From Callorhinchus milii (taxonomy: Eukaryota), in assembly GCF_018977255.1 (NCBI RefSeq), contig NW_024704760.1:6758001-6822000 (forward strand): a stretch of 64,000 bases of DNA. Reading direction: 5' to 3'. This document shows positions 1 through 13,389 of the stretch, piece by piece. The notes beneath the pieces were generated by a model, which worked only from the letters and a program-made list of their open reading frames with translations, did not search any database and was not told the origin of the DNA. A program made the translations under genes and the position numbers. Position 1 is the stretch's first letter. Every line of letters begins with the position of its first letter.

Positions 1-131
1 AATTGGCTGGCACGTTTCGCCCACAAAACAAACAGTCAATTCACTTGACAATATATTCTGTGAAGCACTTTGAGACGTCTCGAAGATGTGATAAGGCGCT
101 ATATCAAATGCAAGGATTGTTATATTATTAT
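1..131 (+). mobile_element. 3' part of tRNA-derived Deu-domain SINE with (TTA)n tail
   Basis: AATTGGCTG..CAGTCAATTCAC..TGTGAAGCACTTTGAGACGTC..AAGGCGCTATATCAAATGCAAGGATT(ATT)n, the tail shared by many copies in this window. Confidence 0.85.
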
Positions 132-899
132 TGTAAAACAGGAAGAGTAAATCGGGGATTGTGTCCCACCGCAGCTTATAACCTTCTACTTCATTGAGTT
201 TATACTTTGCTGCGGCAGCTTATTTGAGAATATATTAAACAAGATTCACGGGTTTAAGTCAGGGCCGCGGTATGTCATGTATTATTATTGCCTGGTCACC
301 GGGTTTTATGACATGTAAGAAGGCTCAGTGTCTGTGCTTTGCTGCATCCTAAATGAGTCACTCAACTAACCAATTCTCGGTTTTAATTGGAATGCCAGCA
401 GGCAACCACATCTGCATAAAATTGAAAAATAAATTTTTTTGACAGACTGCAAATCCCAAAAGACAAGGATGTCTGCGAGGAGAGCAACAGGAAAATCAAA
501 GATAGGTAATGGGCAGAGACAACAGTTTTACTTGCTATAATAACATTTCATTTATTTTCATGCAACGTATGCTTTCCAGGCTATAATTGAAGCAAGCTCT
601 TCTCTCATTTCCATACATGGTCTTATTTATATGCAGGTCTCAATGCTGCCTTGTTCATCACAACATTAACCCCATAGTAGGGTCTTAACCTATAATATTT
701 ATTAACTGGATTCTTTCAATAGGAATCCACCAGTATTCCACGATAGAAGGAGATCATGAAGGCGCACGATATGTTTCCCACAGGAGATTCCAATGTGCTA
801 CCAATTCCTAGAAGGAATCCCAACCTGCACAACTTATTAAGGAATCCCAATAAGAAATCGCGCAAGTTGGAGCCCAACTGTCTCTGGAAACTTTGCTTT

Positions 900-1112
900 G
901 TTCCTTTTTAATCTCCCTCAGTCCCTCCGCTTTGCCCCCTCTCTCACCTTTTTCAAGTCCTGCCTGAAAACCTTCCTTTTCGACCATGCTTTGCGTCACC
1001 TCTCCCCCCACCACCCCCGGCTCGAAGTCAGGCTCCGCCACTGTTAAGCGCTCTGAGACGCTACCCTGCGTGGAGGGCGCTGTATAAGTGCAAGTTGTCG
1101 CTGCTGTTGTTG
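900..1112 (+). mobile_element. L2-clade LINE 3' end remnant
   Basis: Pyrimidine-rich CTGAAAACCTTCCTTTTCGACCATGCTTT followed by AAGCGCTCTGAGACG..GGGCGCTGTATAAGTGCAAG(TTG)n tail; similar to 13390-13700. Confidence 0.7.
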
Positions 1113-1770
1113 CTAATCGACACAAGGACCGAGCACTGAGGAACACCCCAAATTTGTTCCTTGATCAGACACTGGGGTAAACGCGCACTCCACTTTCCTT
1201 CTATCCTCAACGCACCACTCACTTCCTCTACCCCCACAACCCCCCCACCCACTCCTGGAATCCTGGTGTAGGTCAGTGGAATCCAGTGTTAACTCTTCAC
1301 TAAGGACATTCAATTCAGGATTCCCAGGGACTCTACCATTTTGCAAAGATTCTAAGGGAATTGGCTTCGAGGGAAGTGATAACTATTGGATGCTTTTGAC
1401 CAGATTTCTGATGTGATAATTAGCGCCAGTGATTATTATCTGCAATAATTTTCACCCCATTGAGTTATGAAAAACCTGTGTCCTCTGGGGGCTGTGCTTT
1501 TTCCATTTTCAAGGCAACCTGTCAGATATCAGATGCTTGCTATTAGCGGGCAATCAGATTGACGTCTTGAACCTCAAGAAAATATTTCAAGTTATTTCGA
1601 GAGAGTAAAAAAAAAATCCATTTTTTTTTAGTAGTCAACCATAGGTCAGTTTCACAACCATTAAAAAATTCATTTCACAAAATAAAACTTCACTTTAATA
1701 TTCCTTGCATTTGTGATACGGTGCCTTTTTACATCGGCAGGTCTCAAAGCGCTTCCCAAGAGTAACTGTA

Positions 1771-2149
1771 GTAATAATAATAATAATCCTTACATTTGAT
1801 ATAGTGCCTTATCACATCTTCGAGACGTCTCAAAACGCTTCACAGAATATACTGTAAAGTGAATTGACTGCATATTTTGTAGGCGAAACGTGGCAGACAA
1901 TTGAGCACAGCAGCGTCCCACAAACAGTCGTGGATTGAGTGACCAAATTATTATTATTATTTTTGAAGGAATTATTACCCCCGGAAAAGCCATCTGCCAA
2001 TCGATTAACAACCAAGTTCCTACTGACTGTTAGGTGAACAGTGGTGTATGGAGTAAGGAAACTTGCCCAACATTTCGCCCTGCCGGGGAATCGAACCAAG
2101 GGCTCTCACTTGCGAGGCGAGGGCTCTAACCACTGAGCTGCAGGACTCC
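1771..2149 (-). mobile_element. Near full-length tRNA-derived SINE (tRNA head + Deu-like body + L2-type tail)
   Basis: Minus strand GAGTCCTGCAGCTCAGTGGTTAGAGC (A box)..GGTTCGATTCC (B box), body TGTTTGTGGGACGCTGCTGTGC..AATTG, (TTA)n tail. Confidence 0.9.
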
Positions 2150-2337
2150 ACAACTGTAGTGCAGTTTGTGTGTATTTTGTAGGTAATAACTGCAAGGTGT
2201 AATATATGACCGAGAATTGAATGCTTTGCCAACAATTAAAAGTTAGGGTCTTTAACGCAATGACTGTTACTGCACTAATAGTGCACAGGCATTCAAGCAG
2301 AGGACCGAAACCTTCTCCACCTGCTCTATGGTATCAT

Positions 2338-2771
2338 AGAAGAAATCTATATTCTCTAAAATATAGAAGAATTAGAGGTGATCTTATAGAAACCTATAGA
2401 ATTCTTAAGAGTCTTGACAGGCTGGATGCCGTGAGACTGTTTCCACTGGTTGGAGAATCTAAAACTAGGGGTTCTAGTCTCAAGATTAAGGGTCAGCCTT
2501 TTCGAACTGAGTTGAGGAAACATTTCTTCACTCAGAGAGTAGTGAATTTGTGGAATTCTCTACCCCAGAAGGCTGTGGATGCTCAGTTCTTAAACATATT
2601 CAAGACTGAGGTTAATAGATTTCTAAAGGATAGAGGGATTAAGGGATAGGGGGATAGGGCCGGTGAATGGAATTAGGTTAGAAGATCAGCCATGATCTAT
2701 TAAATGGTGGGTCAGGCTCAAGGGGCCAAATGGCCTACTCCTGCTCCTATGTCTTATGGTTTTATGGTCTT
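2338..2771 (+). mobile_element. CR1 LINE 3' end (ORF2 C-terminus + 3'UTR)
   Basis: ORF 2221-2649 contains LYSLKYRRIRGDLIETYRIL..FFTQRVVNLWNSLP, typical CR1 ORF2 C-terminus; followed by GGGCCAAATGGCCTACTCCTGCTCCTA and short TTATGGT tandem tail. Confidence 0.9.
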
Positions 2772-3827
2772 AAAATATCATCCACGTGAGCCAAATCATA
2801 GGCTTTCAAAGGTTATTCACTTTAACTCTTACATTCAATGCCGGGTAACAGCTGAATAGAATTTGATCTGAGATACTGGAGAAAAAGTAGTGGTATATAT
2901 AATAATAATAATAGTAATAATACTTGCATTTGATATAGCGCCTTATCACATCTTTGAGATGTATGTGATGAGGTATGGCAAATTACTGTATTAATTAATC
3001 CATGTTTTTGTTTATTTTGCTTTAATTCTTCACCTGAACTGATCATCTCCGCACAAAACCACTTTTATTAAAAACGCATTTATTTACAACTAAATTCACA
3101 TTTCTCTCCAGTCTCTCAGCCTTTTTTGCTGGCAACTAAATGATCCAGAAGCATTTTTCCTCCTACCGTTTTTCATTAACGAACTGTGAGACCGAGCATG
3201 TTAGCATAATTTAATCTGACAGCGTTGACATTTCTGCTTAAAGCAACATGTTCACTGCCTCAAATACTTCAAAACTAAGTGTCTTTCATGTACGTTTATG
3301 AGTCCTTGCCTGTTAAGTAGATCAGTTATCTCACTATGGTTATAAATGACTTCACGCAGCAGTGCAGAGTGACTATAAGAATGACATACATCGCACGTCT
3401 GAAGCTTTGTGCAGCAGGCCAAGGAAGGCTGGTGAGAATGAACATTCAGTTACTGGCTGGTGTGTTTTCCCACTGGAGAGCTTGTGGGAAATGCATTCAG
3501 CAAAATAAAAGAACAATTTGCTTAAGAGAACACGTTGGAAGGATTGCAGTTCAGAATTCTATAAGGGAAGGAGGTGGTGCATTGCAGTCTCCATCCACAA
3601 CCTGGGAATTTGGAGCAAGAGCACCACCAAGTGGTAAGGTTAAGCTTGACATCCCCCCCCCCACCCCCCCCCACCCCCACACCAACCCCATCCCCAGCTG
3701 ATGTCAGCAAAAGCAACCCGCGGGGAAACAGATGGAACGTCGAGAGATGGCGAAAATGGATGAGGTTGCAAATGGAGCACAACCTCAGCTCAGTGCTCCA
3801 GGCCCTCAAAAACAACAGCGTTAATGT

Positions 3828-4063
3828 GGAGTCCAGCGGCATAGTGGTTAGCGAGCGAGAGGACCTGGGTTCGATTCCCGGGCAGGGTGAAACCTTAGGC
3901 AAATTTCTTTCCTCCACACGCCTCTGTTTACCCAGGAGTAGGTAGGAACCTGTGTTGACGGATCGCTTTCCGGGTGCAAATCCTTGACTGTCCAGCGCCT
4001 TGGGATGTCCTCCCAAACGTGAAAGGCGCTGTAATAATACAATTTGTTGTTGTTGTTGTTGTT
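3828..4063 (+). mobile_element. Short tRNA-derived SINE with direct L2 (TTG)n tail
   Basis: Head GGAGTCC..TAGTGGTTAG..GGTTCGATTCCCGGGCAGGG like the main SINE; tail GACTGTCCAGCGCCTTGGGA..GTGAAAGGCGCT..(TTG)n like the L2 copies. Confidence 0.8.
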
Positions 4064-5337
4064 CATTGAGCAATCCAGAAACATTAGAATCCCCGATGCT
4101 GCCCGCAACCCTGCTCCCCGAGTGCATAAACCATTCAAGGGGCACATCTTCGGAGTTTTTACTCCAAAATAGGAAGTGATGCATTTCTGAGGGTTGCCTC
4201 GAATGGGCACCAACTCTCCACTACAGGTGTCAATTGTGCTGCCTCATTCACAATGACAGACAACAGAACGAACTTCAGTTCTCGTGTGAGAGATGCCTCA
4301 CTAGACTTTTCTCCGCACTGCCATTTCCCACAACAGGTTCAGTCATTGTTTCGTTCCACGAAATAAAATAAATTGCGACTTGTGAAGGGTTGATTAGCAC
4401 ATCGCAAAGCGCAAAGCAGGTCTCAATCTTCACCTCCGCGAGCGTAAAAATATTTTGCGGCGTGTTAAACCTACGTCAGAATTGGAGGACCTGGTGTTAG
4501 TACTTCTAAACTGGTATTTATATTGGCATAAAAATTACCAACACTACCCGAAAAGAAAAGAGAGATTCTCCTGATGTCCTGGCCAAGAATTCCCCAAATA
4601 AAATTGGTCACTCACCTCATGGCTGTTTGTGGGACGTTGTTATACATCAATTGGCTGCCTCGTTCATCTAAGAATACAAATACAGTCACCGTGTGAAGCA
4701 CTTTGAGAAGTCTCGGCCACATGATAAGCAAGGATTATTTATTATTAACAATTACGTTATCAACTATATTTCTGCCTCAAGGGTTCCTCCTGAATACTTC
4801 ATGGAATATTACAAACATTGTGAAAGTGGAAGCAGATGGAGTCACAATACAACACAGCCTGCCTTAGGAACTCATTAATTTGTGCATGAATGTTTTGGTG
4901 GAGTCAGAACATAAGGGCCTTGATGGTATCAACACTGCTGGGCCTCAGATTAAAGCAGGTTGCGTGTGGAAATTCCATGACAGCTGCACAAGCAGTGAGG
5001 CATTTAGGTGCTGAGTTATTTAGACTATCAACCACAGAATAAGGTACCTTGTTCTCCTTCCATAAACAAGCTGGTCCCGAAATGTGGGACAAGGCAACTT
5101 TCCGTCAGAGTCTGCAACAATTCATATCTGTCAGCCTGGCTCACGTGGTAGCACTCTCGCCTCTGAGTCAGACGATTGTGGGTTTAAACCCCACGTCAGG
5201 GCTTTGAACTCACCTTGCGTCCTCCAGACGTGAAAGGCGCTATGCAAATGTAATCTTGTTGTTGTAGTCTAGGCTGACACTCTGTTGCAGTGCTGGGAGA
5301 GCACTGCATTGTTGGAGGGACCATCTTACAGATGCTG

Positions 5338-5620
5338 ATAATAATCATAATAATCCTTGCATTTGATATTGATATTGACTGCATGTTTTGTGCACGAAAC
5401 GAGCAGCCAATTGCGCACAGCAGCGTCCCACAACCAGTCGTGGATTGAGTGAGCAATTTATTATTATTTTTAAGGAATTATTACGGGTTCATACTTACTG
5501 CTCGGTAAACAGAGGTGTGTGGAGTAAGGAAACTTGCCCAACATTTTGCCCTGCCCGGGAATCGAACCCAGGTCTTTCGCTTGCGAGGAGAGTGCTCTAA
5601 TCACTGAGATACAGGACTCC
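5338..5620 (-). mobile_element. tRNA-derived SINE, internally deleted
   Basis: Same head (A/B boxes) and tail as 1771-2149. Confidence 0.85.
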
Positions 5621-6127
5621 AAGGATTCCAATCACCTAAGAGTCACGGTTGGAGGTTTACAGTCAGAGTACAGGAGCTGCTATTTGCCAGGAGAAGATCC
5701 AATTTGCCCTGAGAAAACCTCGATATATTACCAGGCAGCAAGTACTGCCAACCCAGTGTGGCATTTCACAAGAGGCAAGAATACCCATCACAGTGAGGTT
5801 AATTGGAGGTGTTGTTTGACATGTTATTGTTGTTGTTTGACATCTGACAAGCGCGGGTTTGAGACCTCACTATATTGATGGCAGGTACTGTGTATTTTTG
5901 TAGGCAAATGTGACAATCAATTTTCACACAGCAGGTCCCACATGTGGACAGGAAGTAAAAAAAAATGATTAATAATTATTATCTAGGAGCATTGTTCGTC
6001 AGGACATCAGGAGAAACTCCCTCGTTGTTTCAGATTTAGAGCAGATGAGGGTAGAGCAATATCAAATAAAACAAGGTCCATTGAAGAAGCTGAAAGATTA
6101 GATCTTTAAATATTTAGTGCTTTAATA

Positions 6128-6336
6128 GTAATACTTTCCGGCAAACAAGGTAAGCAGGATGCATCCCTCCAGGGAAAGAGTGTGCATTCCATTCCAACAA
6201 TCTATCTCTGGGAATCTCTGGGATTTCCATGTGTAGGTGGGATGCATGGATTTCTCAGTTTGGTTTGGATACTCTTAAGCAACGGTGATGGGTTTCCGCA
6301 TGTGTTAGACACCCAGCTGACCCCCAAAAATGATTC
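6128..6336 (+). repeat. Unclassified interspersed repeat, copy 1
   Basis: Shares GTAAGCAGG..CCCTCCAGGGA..TTTCCATGTGTAGGTGGGATGCATGGA..GGTGATGGGTTTCC..GACACCC with 16940-17225 (+) and 57405-57685 (-). Confidence 0.75.
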
Positions 6337-7110
6337 TTTTTCCACGCTTTTAATCCAGTTACAGACGCCCTCGCCTCATTTGCAGCAAAGAACATTTGAA
6401 AGCAACACTGTAAGTGTAGATTGGCTTTTACACACATGTTCTCAGAACACAGTTTGCATGGTTTTTCTTGTGAGATCATATTGTTTTTCAGGATTGAAGA
6501 GACATGGTACTGGAATTGGACATTATAAACGGATTCACACAACTGCTGACAATCGCTGAACAGCACAGACCAAAATCGTCCCTTTAAAATTACAATGTCT
6601 TTGTATCACCAACAATAAACACCTGTACTTGATTGTCTCAAACCAGATCTCCCGCGCCCCCCCCCCCCCACCCCCCACTCCCCTCAAAGGATTAGTTTCC
6701 AATTAGTTTCCATTCAGAAATAACTATGTGTTTTATAGTATTTTAGTTAGTCCATAATATCGGTTGAATTATGAACAACAACAACAACAACAACAACAAG
6801 ATTCCATTTATAAAGCGCCTTTCACGTCAGGAAATATTAATGAAGTATTAAAAGCTAGTGCACTGAATAAATCCCAAGGCTTTTAATTCATACACCTTTA
6901 GGAGTCTTTAATGCAAGCTGTATTCATTAAATTAGTGTTATTACCGCTGCCCAGATTCTAGCAAAAATCAACACCAGTAAGCAGTTAACGTGTTGCTTGG
7001 GTGCTTTCAAAAAGAAAGGAACTAGATATTTCTCTGGCTAGAAAAACAAGACTAAGGTTAGACGTAGAGAAAAGATGATCAGATCCATGCAATATTACAT
7101 GCAAGTATCC

Positions 7111-7602
7111 AACAACAACAACAAGAAATTACATTTGTATAGCGCCTTTTACTTCAGGAATACGTCCCAAGGCGCTGGACAGTCAGTGATCCACATCCGA
7201 GCTGGTGGATGGGATCAGGAGGGGTAGAGGGTGGGGAGGGTTGGGGTAGGAGAGTGGTGAAAGGCACGGTCGAAGAGGAGGGTCTTGAGACGGGTCTTGA
7301 AGGAGACAAGGGAAGAGGTGATGCAGAGGGAGAGTGGGTTGGAGTTCCAGAGGGTGGGGGCAGAGAGGCTAAAGGTCTGCCCCACTACGGGGGGAGGGCA
7401 AGGTGGGGATGTGAAGCAGGCCAGAGCCCACTGATCGATGGGAACGGACAGGTTGGTAGGGTTTTAAGAAGTCACAGAGGTATGGAGGAGTAAAGCTGTG
7501 GAGGGCTTTGAAGGTGAGGACCAGGATCTTAGTGATGGGGAGCCAGTGGAGCCGGGCGAGGATGGGGGTATTAGGGTCGCGGAGCCTGGTGTGGGAGAGG
7601 CA
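7111..7602 (-). mobile_element. L2 LINE 3' end (ORF2 C-terminal remnant + tail)
   Basis: ORF 7369-7626(-) TPILARLHWLPI..KILVLTFKALH..PPYLCDFL is the L2 ORF2 C-terminal signature; (TTG)n tail at 7111-7125. Confidence 0.9.
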
Positions 7603-8087
7603 TGAAGTGTGGTGTGTCATGTTCACCTACAAAAATACACAAGCCCTCAACATTGCCAAAAAAAATGGACCAAGCAAGTAATCATAAAGCCAGTTCAGAT
7701 CCCATTTACCTCTCTCCCACCACCCCCCTCCCCCCACCCCACTTCCAACGGAGGATAATATTTGCTGCAAACAGTTTACAAACATTAATGGCTAGCGATT
7801 TCTCTATAGATCACTGTTGACAAGTCATGTTATGCTCTGCCAATGGATGTACTGTCTTTTTTTATCCTCATTAATGTTTCTAGCAATCTATGCCCAAATC
7901 AAATCAAGTTAAAGCATGAACGAAAACTAGGCCAGAAAAAAACAGTTGCATTCCATCAGAGGTCTGCCACATTCAGTCTTCTCCATTATTAATGGAATGG
8001 TGATGGTGGGCTGCAAAACACAGATTAAAATTAGTTCAGTGTAAGTGCGCGGATTCTCACCTGTATCTGGCACGTGTGAATGCCAGA

Positions 8088-8463
8088 GTAATAATAATCC
8101 TTGCATCTTGACATAGCGCCTTATCACGTCTTCGAGACGTCTCAAAGCGCTTCACAGAATATACTGTCAAGTGAATTGACTGTGTACTTTGTGGGTGAAA
8201 TGCGGCAGCCAGTTGTGCATTGCGGTGTCCCACAAACAGTCATGGATTGATTGACCGATTTATTATTATTATTTTGGAAGGAATTATTACCCCCGGAAAA
8301 GCAATCTGGCAATCAACTAACAACCAGGTTCCTACTCACTGCTCGCTAAACAGAGGTGTGTGGAGTAAGGAAACTTGCCCAACATTTTGTTTTGCCCTGC
8401 TGGGAATCAAACCCAGGTCTCTCGCTTGTGAGGCAAGTGCTCTAACCGCTGAGCTACAGGATG
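8088..8463 (-). mobile_element. Near full-length tRNA-derived SINE
   Basis: Colinear with 1771-2149 from head to (TTA)n tail. Confidence 0.9.
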
Positions 8464-11400
8464 CCCTATAGGATTATCTAATAATAATCCTTGCATTCGA
8501 TATGGTGTTTTATCATGTCGTCAGATTGACACAATCATATGTGAGGAAGTGTTGTTGGCAGGCAAGCAGAAAGGCTTTGATATTCAACTAGAGGAGCTTA
8601 AGACTCAACCAGGACTTAATAGTGTGTCCGGACAGCAGTCGTGCTGGAGTCTAGGATGGAGGCAGGGATCCAGAACAGAGCCCAATACCCAGTCTGTGCC
8701 TTTATCATTAAATGCCTTTTGTTTTAAAAGCTTTATTTTTAAAACTTCATTTAAAAGGCAATAAAAAAACACTTCAAATACAAGTAAAGATGAAACAAAT
8801 GTATTCCATGGAATGGAAAAGGCTATTCAGCCCATCGTGTCTGTTCTCTCCAAGAAGCCGTGTCAATCTATCTGATCCCTGATTCTATTGGACTTATTAA
8901 AAATTGTGCTTTTCACTTAAAATAAATGTCCCGAAATGCTTTACAGAATGTAATTAATTTAATCTCTTAAAGGAAGCTCGAAAATGTCTCACTGATCCCA
9001 AAGCTAATTGATACATTTGCACAAAGCAATGTCCCACAAACAGCCATGAAGTGAATGTTTGTTTTGCTTTTCCGGGGGTTATAATTCCTTAAAAAAATAA
9101 TACATTGATCACTCAATCCATGACTGTGAGTGCAATTGGCTGTCGCGTTTCGCTCACAAAATATGCAGTGAATTCACTTTAGAGTATATTCTGTGAAGTG
9201 CTTTGAGACGTCTCAAAGATGTGATAAGGCGCTATATCAAATGCAAGGATTATTATTATTATTATTGTTATTTGTCTGGAAGATTGTTAGCTCAGGACAT
9301 GGGAAGAATTCCCTCCCATCTGTCAGGAGTTTTCTTTTATGAAGGTATTAAATTATTTAGGGTATTTCACTGCCTCCTGCCAAGAACTATCCTTCTGAAA
9401 CCTACAATAACAATGCCCCTTGGAGCATGAAATGGATAAAGCAGGGATTTTAAATGCCTTTCGCAATCATTTCTGGATATTCCAAGGTGTGAATTGATTC
9501 ATACAATCCAAAATACAAAGAGCAGAGAGCAACAAACTCATTCCGTCACTGATAATGTTATTGAAAGAACAGAATAAATGCAGTGAAGCAAGCAAATACC
9601 AAAATTCACTCAAATTCACTTTTCTGTTGCTGGCTTAATGCATGAATAAATCATGAGTCTAGATTTACATTGGCCTACTTAGAGGTTATGGCAGCGCACA
9701 ATAAGAAAACACAGACACAGAAAATTGCTTTGTTATTGTAAATTTTAAATCATAATCAGCAGTGCATCGGAAGTTCAATCAGTGTATCGGACGTCCTGCA
9801 CATTTCGACGTCTGCAAACTTTCTTCCCGAAGCCAGACGGAGTGAATGATCTAAAAGAAACTCCCAAACAAACAATTTCATTATTTTCTGACACAGACAC
9901 ATCCATACTGGAGCGAGCCTGTTCCTAAAGCCATAAATGTGGTGTCCAAATGCATTCAGGATTGAGAGAGCAACTTTGCAGCTCTGTGCATCCAGTTGCA
10001 CTCAACGTTCTCACAGCCCTTTATGTGAGAAAATGTTTTCTGGGTTAACTTTACCGGTGTTATCTCTAACAATAAGATGATTTACTATTCTTGGATTCCC
10101 CTCCTGATGTGGAGAAGTGTTCCCAGTGTATTTTGTTAATCAGATCAGGACGGAGAACATCAATGGCAATGGTGAAATCTTCGGATCCATGATAAAATGA
10201 GCCAGAAAGTAATTGCGCTCAATTATCCCAAAAAAAACACACAATTACATTTGTATAGTGCCTTTCACATCGGGAGGACGTCCAAAGGCGCAATTATCAA
10301 AGGAACTGTGGTGTCATTGTGTTTCTCTCATTGACTATGGGAGCACAGTATTTACAAGTCAACGATAAAATCGTTGTTGCCTCTAGCTGGGAATAGCAAC
10401 AGAGTCGCCACAACTGGCAGAAGTTGATTCATCATCAGCTGGCCTTGGTGGTGCTTTGAGCTCATCGCAACAACAAATTAACAACAAATTACATTTTTAT
10501 CAATCGTGTCGGGAAGACACCCCAAGGTGCATTCTGCCCTCAGGCCAGTCAATGGTCCTGGGAGTGGAACGTTTTAAGACCACTTGCTACACCCAACAGA
10601 ACTACTTGTCCCTCGATCAACGCAAAAGTTATCACTGCTTGCCTCTGAGTGATGCTCTGCTTGGAAGAATCACGCGATCTCCAATTCCCTTTAACCCTTA
10701 AATGTCAAAGGCTGACTACTTTGACCTTTTTGTGTTGATCCAATGTCTCTCCATCCGTTGCCACCAGAAGCAATGCCTGATGTTTATTCTTTCCAAACAA
10801 AATCACCAAGGAAACCTTGCGGCCTTCCAGTCTGCAGACAATGGTCATGAGAAGTACAAACTTGGTATTGTCAGCAACAGCGATCACTGAGAAACAACGG
10901 GCTTCCTGCCCATATAAAAATCCCACACAGGAAGCAGCGGCTAACAGTTACTGAAGAAAACAGACATGAAAATGTTATTATAATAGCAGAACTCATATCG
11001 GAAATAGCACCTCATCATCTTGCGATGTCTCAAAGGAGTTCACCCAACTCTTCGAAGTGTAGTGACTGTTCTGTAGGGAAATGTGACTCAGTCAGTGCCA
11101 GTGATGCCGCGTAAACAGCGCAGCACTGAGATGAATGACTAATTAATCTGTTTTTTTTGTGAATTAATTGAGGAGAGAATCCCAGCCAGGATAGAGAGAG
11201 AAGCCTGCTCTTTTCTGAAACAGTGCCGTGGGATTTTTTTTTTTTTCCTTTTATTGTTTGAGCGCTGAATGTTTCATAACACATTAATAATGGCATAAGG
11301 GACGTTAAGGCACGTGACAGGCAAAGGCTGAATAGAGAACGTTGTGTAACATGTGGCAACAGACATTTCTCTCTGCCTTGCAGGGGGCAAAAGGAACAAC

Positions 11401-11534
11401 AACGACAACAACAGCAACAACTTGCATTTATATAACGCCCTTCATGCCGGGTGGCATCTCGGAGTGCTTAATAAAGACAGTAAACGGAATGTCGAACGGG
11501 TAATATAATATAATTCCTATAAAGTCCTCAAGGT

Positions 11535-11919
11535 GTCAGCCTGGCTCAGTTGGTAGCCTCTCGCCTATGAATCAGAAGTTCTTCGTCGAAACGTTGAGCT
11601 CACAGTCTAAGCTGAAGCTCCAGTGCAGTGTTGGGGGAAGGTTTCATTGTCAGAGGTGCCGTCCTTCGGATGAGACGTTAAACCAAGGTCCCGTCTGTGC
11701 CAGTTCAGGTGGATGTTGAAGATCTCGTTGCACTATTCACAAAGTGCTAGCCACAATCCTCCAGATAAAAATTGGTCATTCATTTCACGGCTGTCAGTGG
11801 GACATTGCTTTGTGCAGATTGGCTGTCACATTTGCCTACAGATATACTGTCACTACACTTTGCTTTGAGACGTCTTGATGATGTGATAAGGTGCCATGTC
11901 GATTGCAAGGATTATTATT
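11535..11919 (+). mobile_element. Older Deu-domain SINE family (second head type)
   Basis: Head TCAGCCTGGCTCAGTTGGTAGC..CTCGCCT, body GGTGCCGTCCTTCGGATGAGACGTTAAACC..GGTCCCGTCTG, same tail; related heads at 5133, 18450, 55790. Confidence 0.8.
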
Positions 11920-13389
11920 CTTTATGTAAGATAATGTCGGCAGGCACAATGTTTTTTGGGTAACCTGAAAAACCCTTGAGATAAAGATCCAAGCAAAACC
12001 ATACGTCAAAGAAACAGAATGATTAATGATTACATACAGCACGAAGATTCTTGAGCCCAATTTATGCTGATAGTTGCACAAGGATGATTAATGCGCGGAT
12101 TGTTGGACAGAAGGGTGCAAGGTCAATATCCTTTACTGGTGCAGCGAGGAGGAATAAACTGGTTTATAAGTAGAGCAGCTTGTTCTTCTCAGGAATCTAC
12201 TGTCAAAGAAGTTAATGCAGAAAATCTGAACCTGGACAGAACTTGCTGCTGAAGCAGAATTTGCTCTTTCATGAGTGGATTTGACTGTAACTGCTGCTCT
12301 TTCAATGTTTTATGGTTCTATTTACACTTAAACCAAGGCACCATTCACGACGAGGAGGCAGTTTCTCCCAGTGTCCTGGCCAGCAATCCCCGCGGATGAA
12401 ATTGGTCACTCACTCAATCGGCCCTTTCCACCTCACAACCATTCTGCCCCCGCTCTCAATCATCCCTCCCCTTGTTCACCGCACATTTCAGAGTGTACAT
12501 CTTTCACTGGCTTTCAAACATCTTTGCCCCACTCCACCCCCCCCCACACACACGCCCCCTCGACCCCTCCACACCAGCTCGGGTATCCATCGAGCATTGA
12601 CAAGCGTCTTCTCAATGTGAAGAGAGCTGTATAAATATAAATTGTATAGCAATGTAATGTAATGCGCAATTTAGCGATAAAGCTGAGATTTGCCAAGCGA
12701 TAAACAGGATCACCTCACACATATGCTATTATGTGCTGGAACGCACAGACATGGATTAGTATATCAAATATATTATCGTAACACACAGCTATCCGAGTGA
12801 TACAAAAAAAATACGTCTGTCTTGTTAGTTCCATCTGCTGGAACTAACAATACATTACTGCTGTAACACTGAAATATCCCAATAATCAAAATGAGGTCGA
12901 TCAGATGCTAATGACTAAACAACATTTTTCCATTTATCTGAAGGAAAAAATATTCAGAGCTCTATGTTTGATAAATCAACAACAAATGCTAAGGTTTACC
13001 AACCCTTAACATGGTAATATATTCTGGCGTAAAACTGCTTATGGGGAGCAAAGCTCTGCGAGGCCGATCACTTGCTGTAAAAGCAAAGATTTCACGTTCC
13101 CAGTAGTAATTGCAAAGGATAATGGTTATGTGCACTTTTACCCAGCGTGTTATAAGAATCCCATTGATAGCTGGGGATTAATGCTGCATCAATTGCGCCG
13201 ACATAATAATCAGATTATCTATTCCTCCTGTGACAATCACATAATAGAACCATAGCAATGTACAACACAAAGAAGGCCCATTTTTTTTGTGTTGGTGCCC
13301 GCTCCTCCAAGAAGCCGTCCATCCTAATCCCAATTCCCTGCTTTTTCCTTGTACTCTCTAATACCCTTCCCCTGCATGTGTTTGTCTGA

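Noticed and set aside
2075-2149. tRNA genes at A/B-box-containing segments (also 5550-5620, 8395-8463, 14876-14950, 52960-53027)
   Set aside because: Each is the head of a SINE continuing into a shared body; no intact cloverleaf with terminator
3336-4213. Overlapping ORFs of 121-220 aa
   Set aside because: Span a SINE and poly-C tract; no recognisable domain or splice structure
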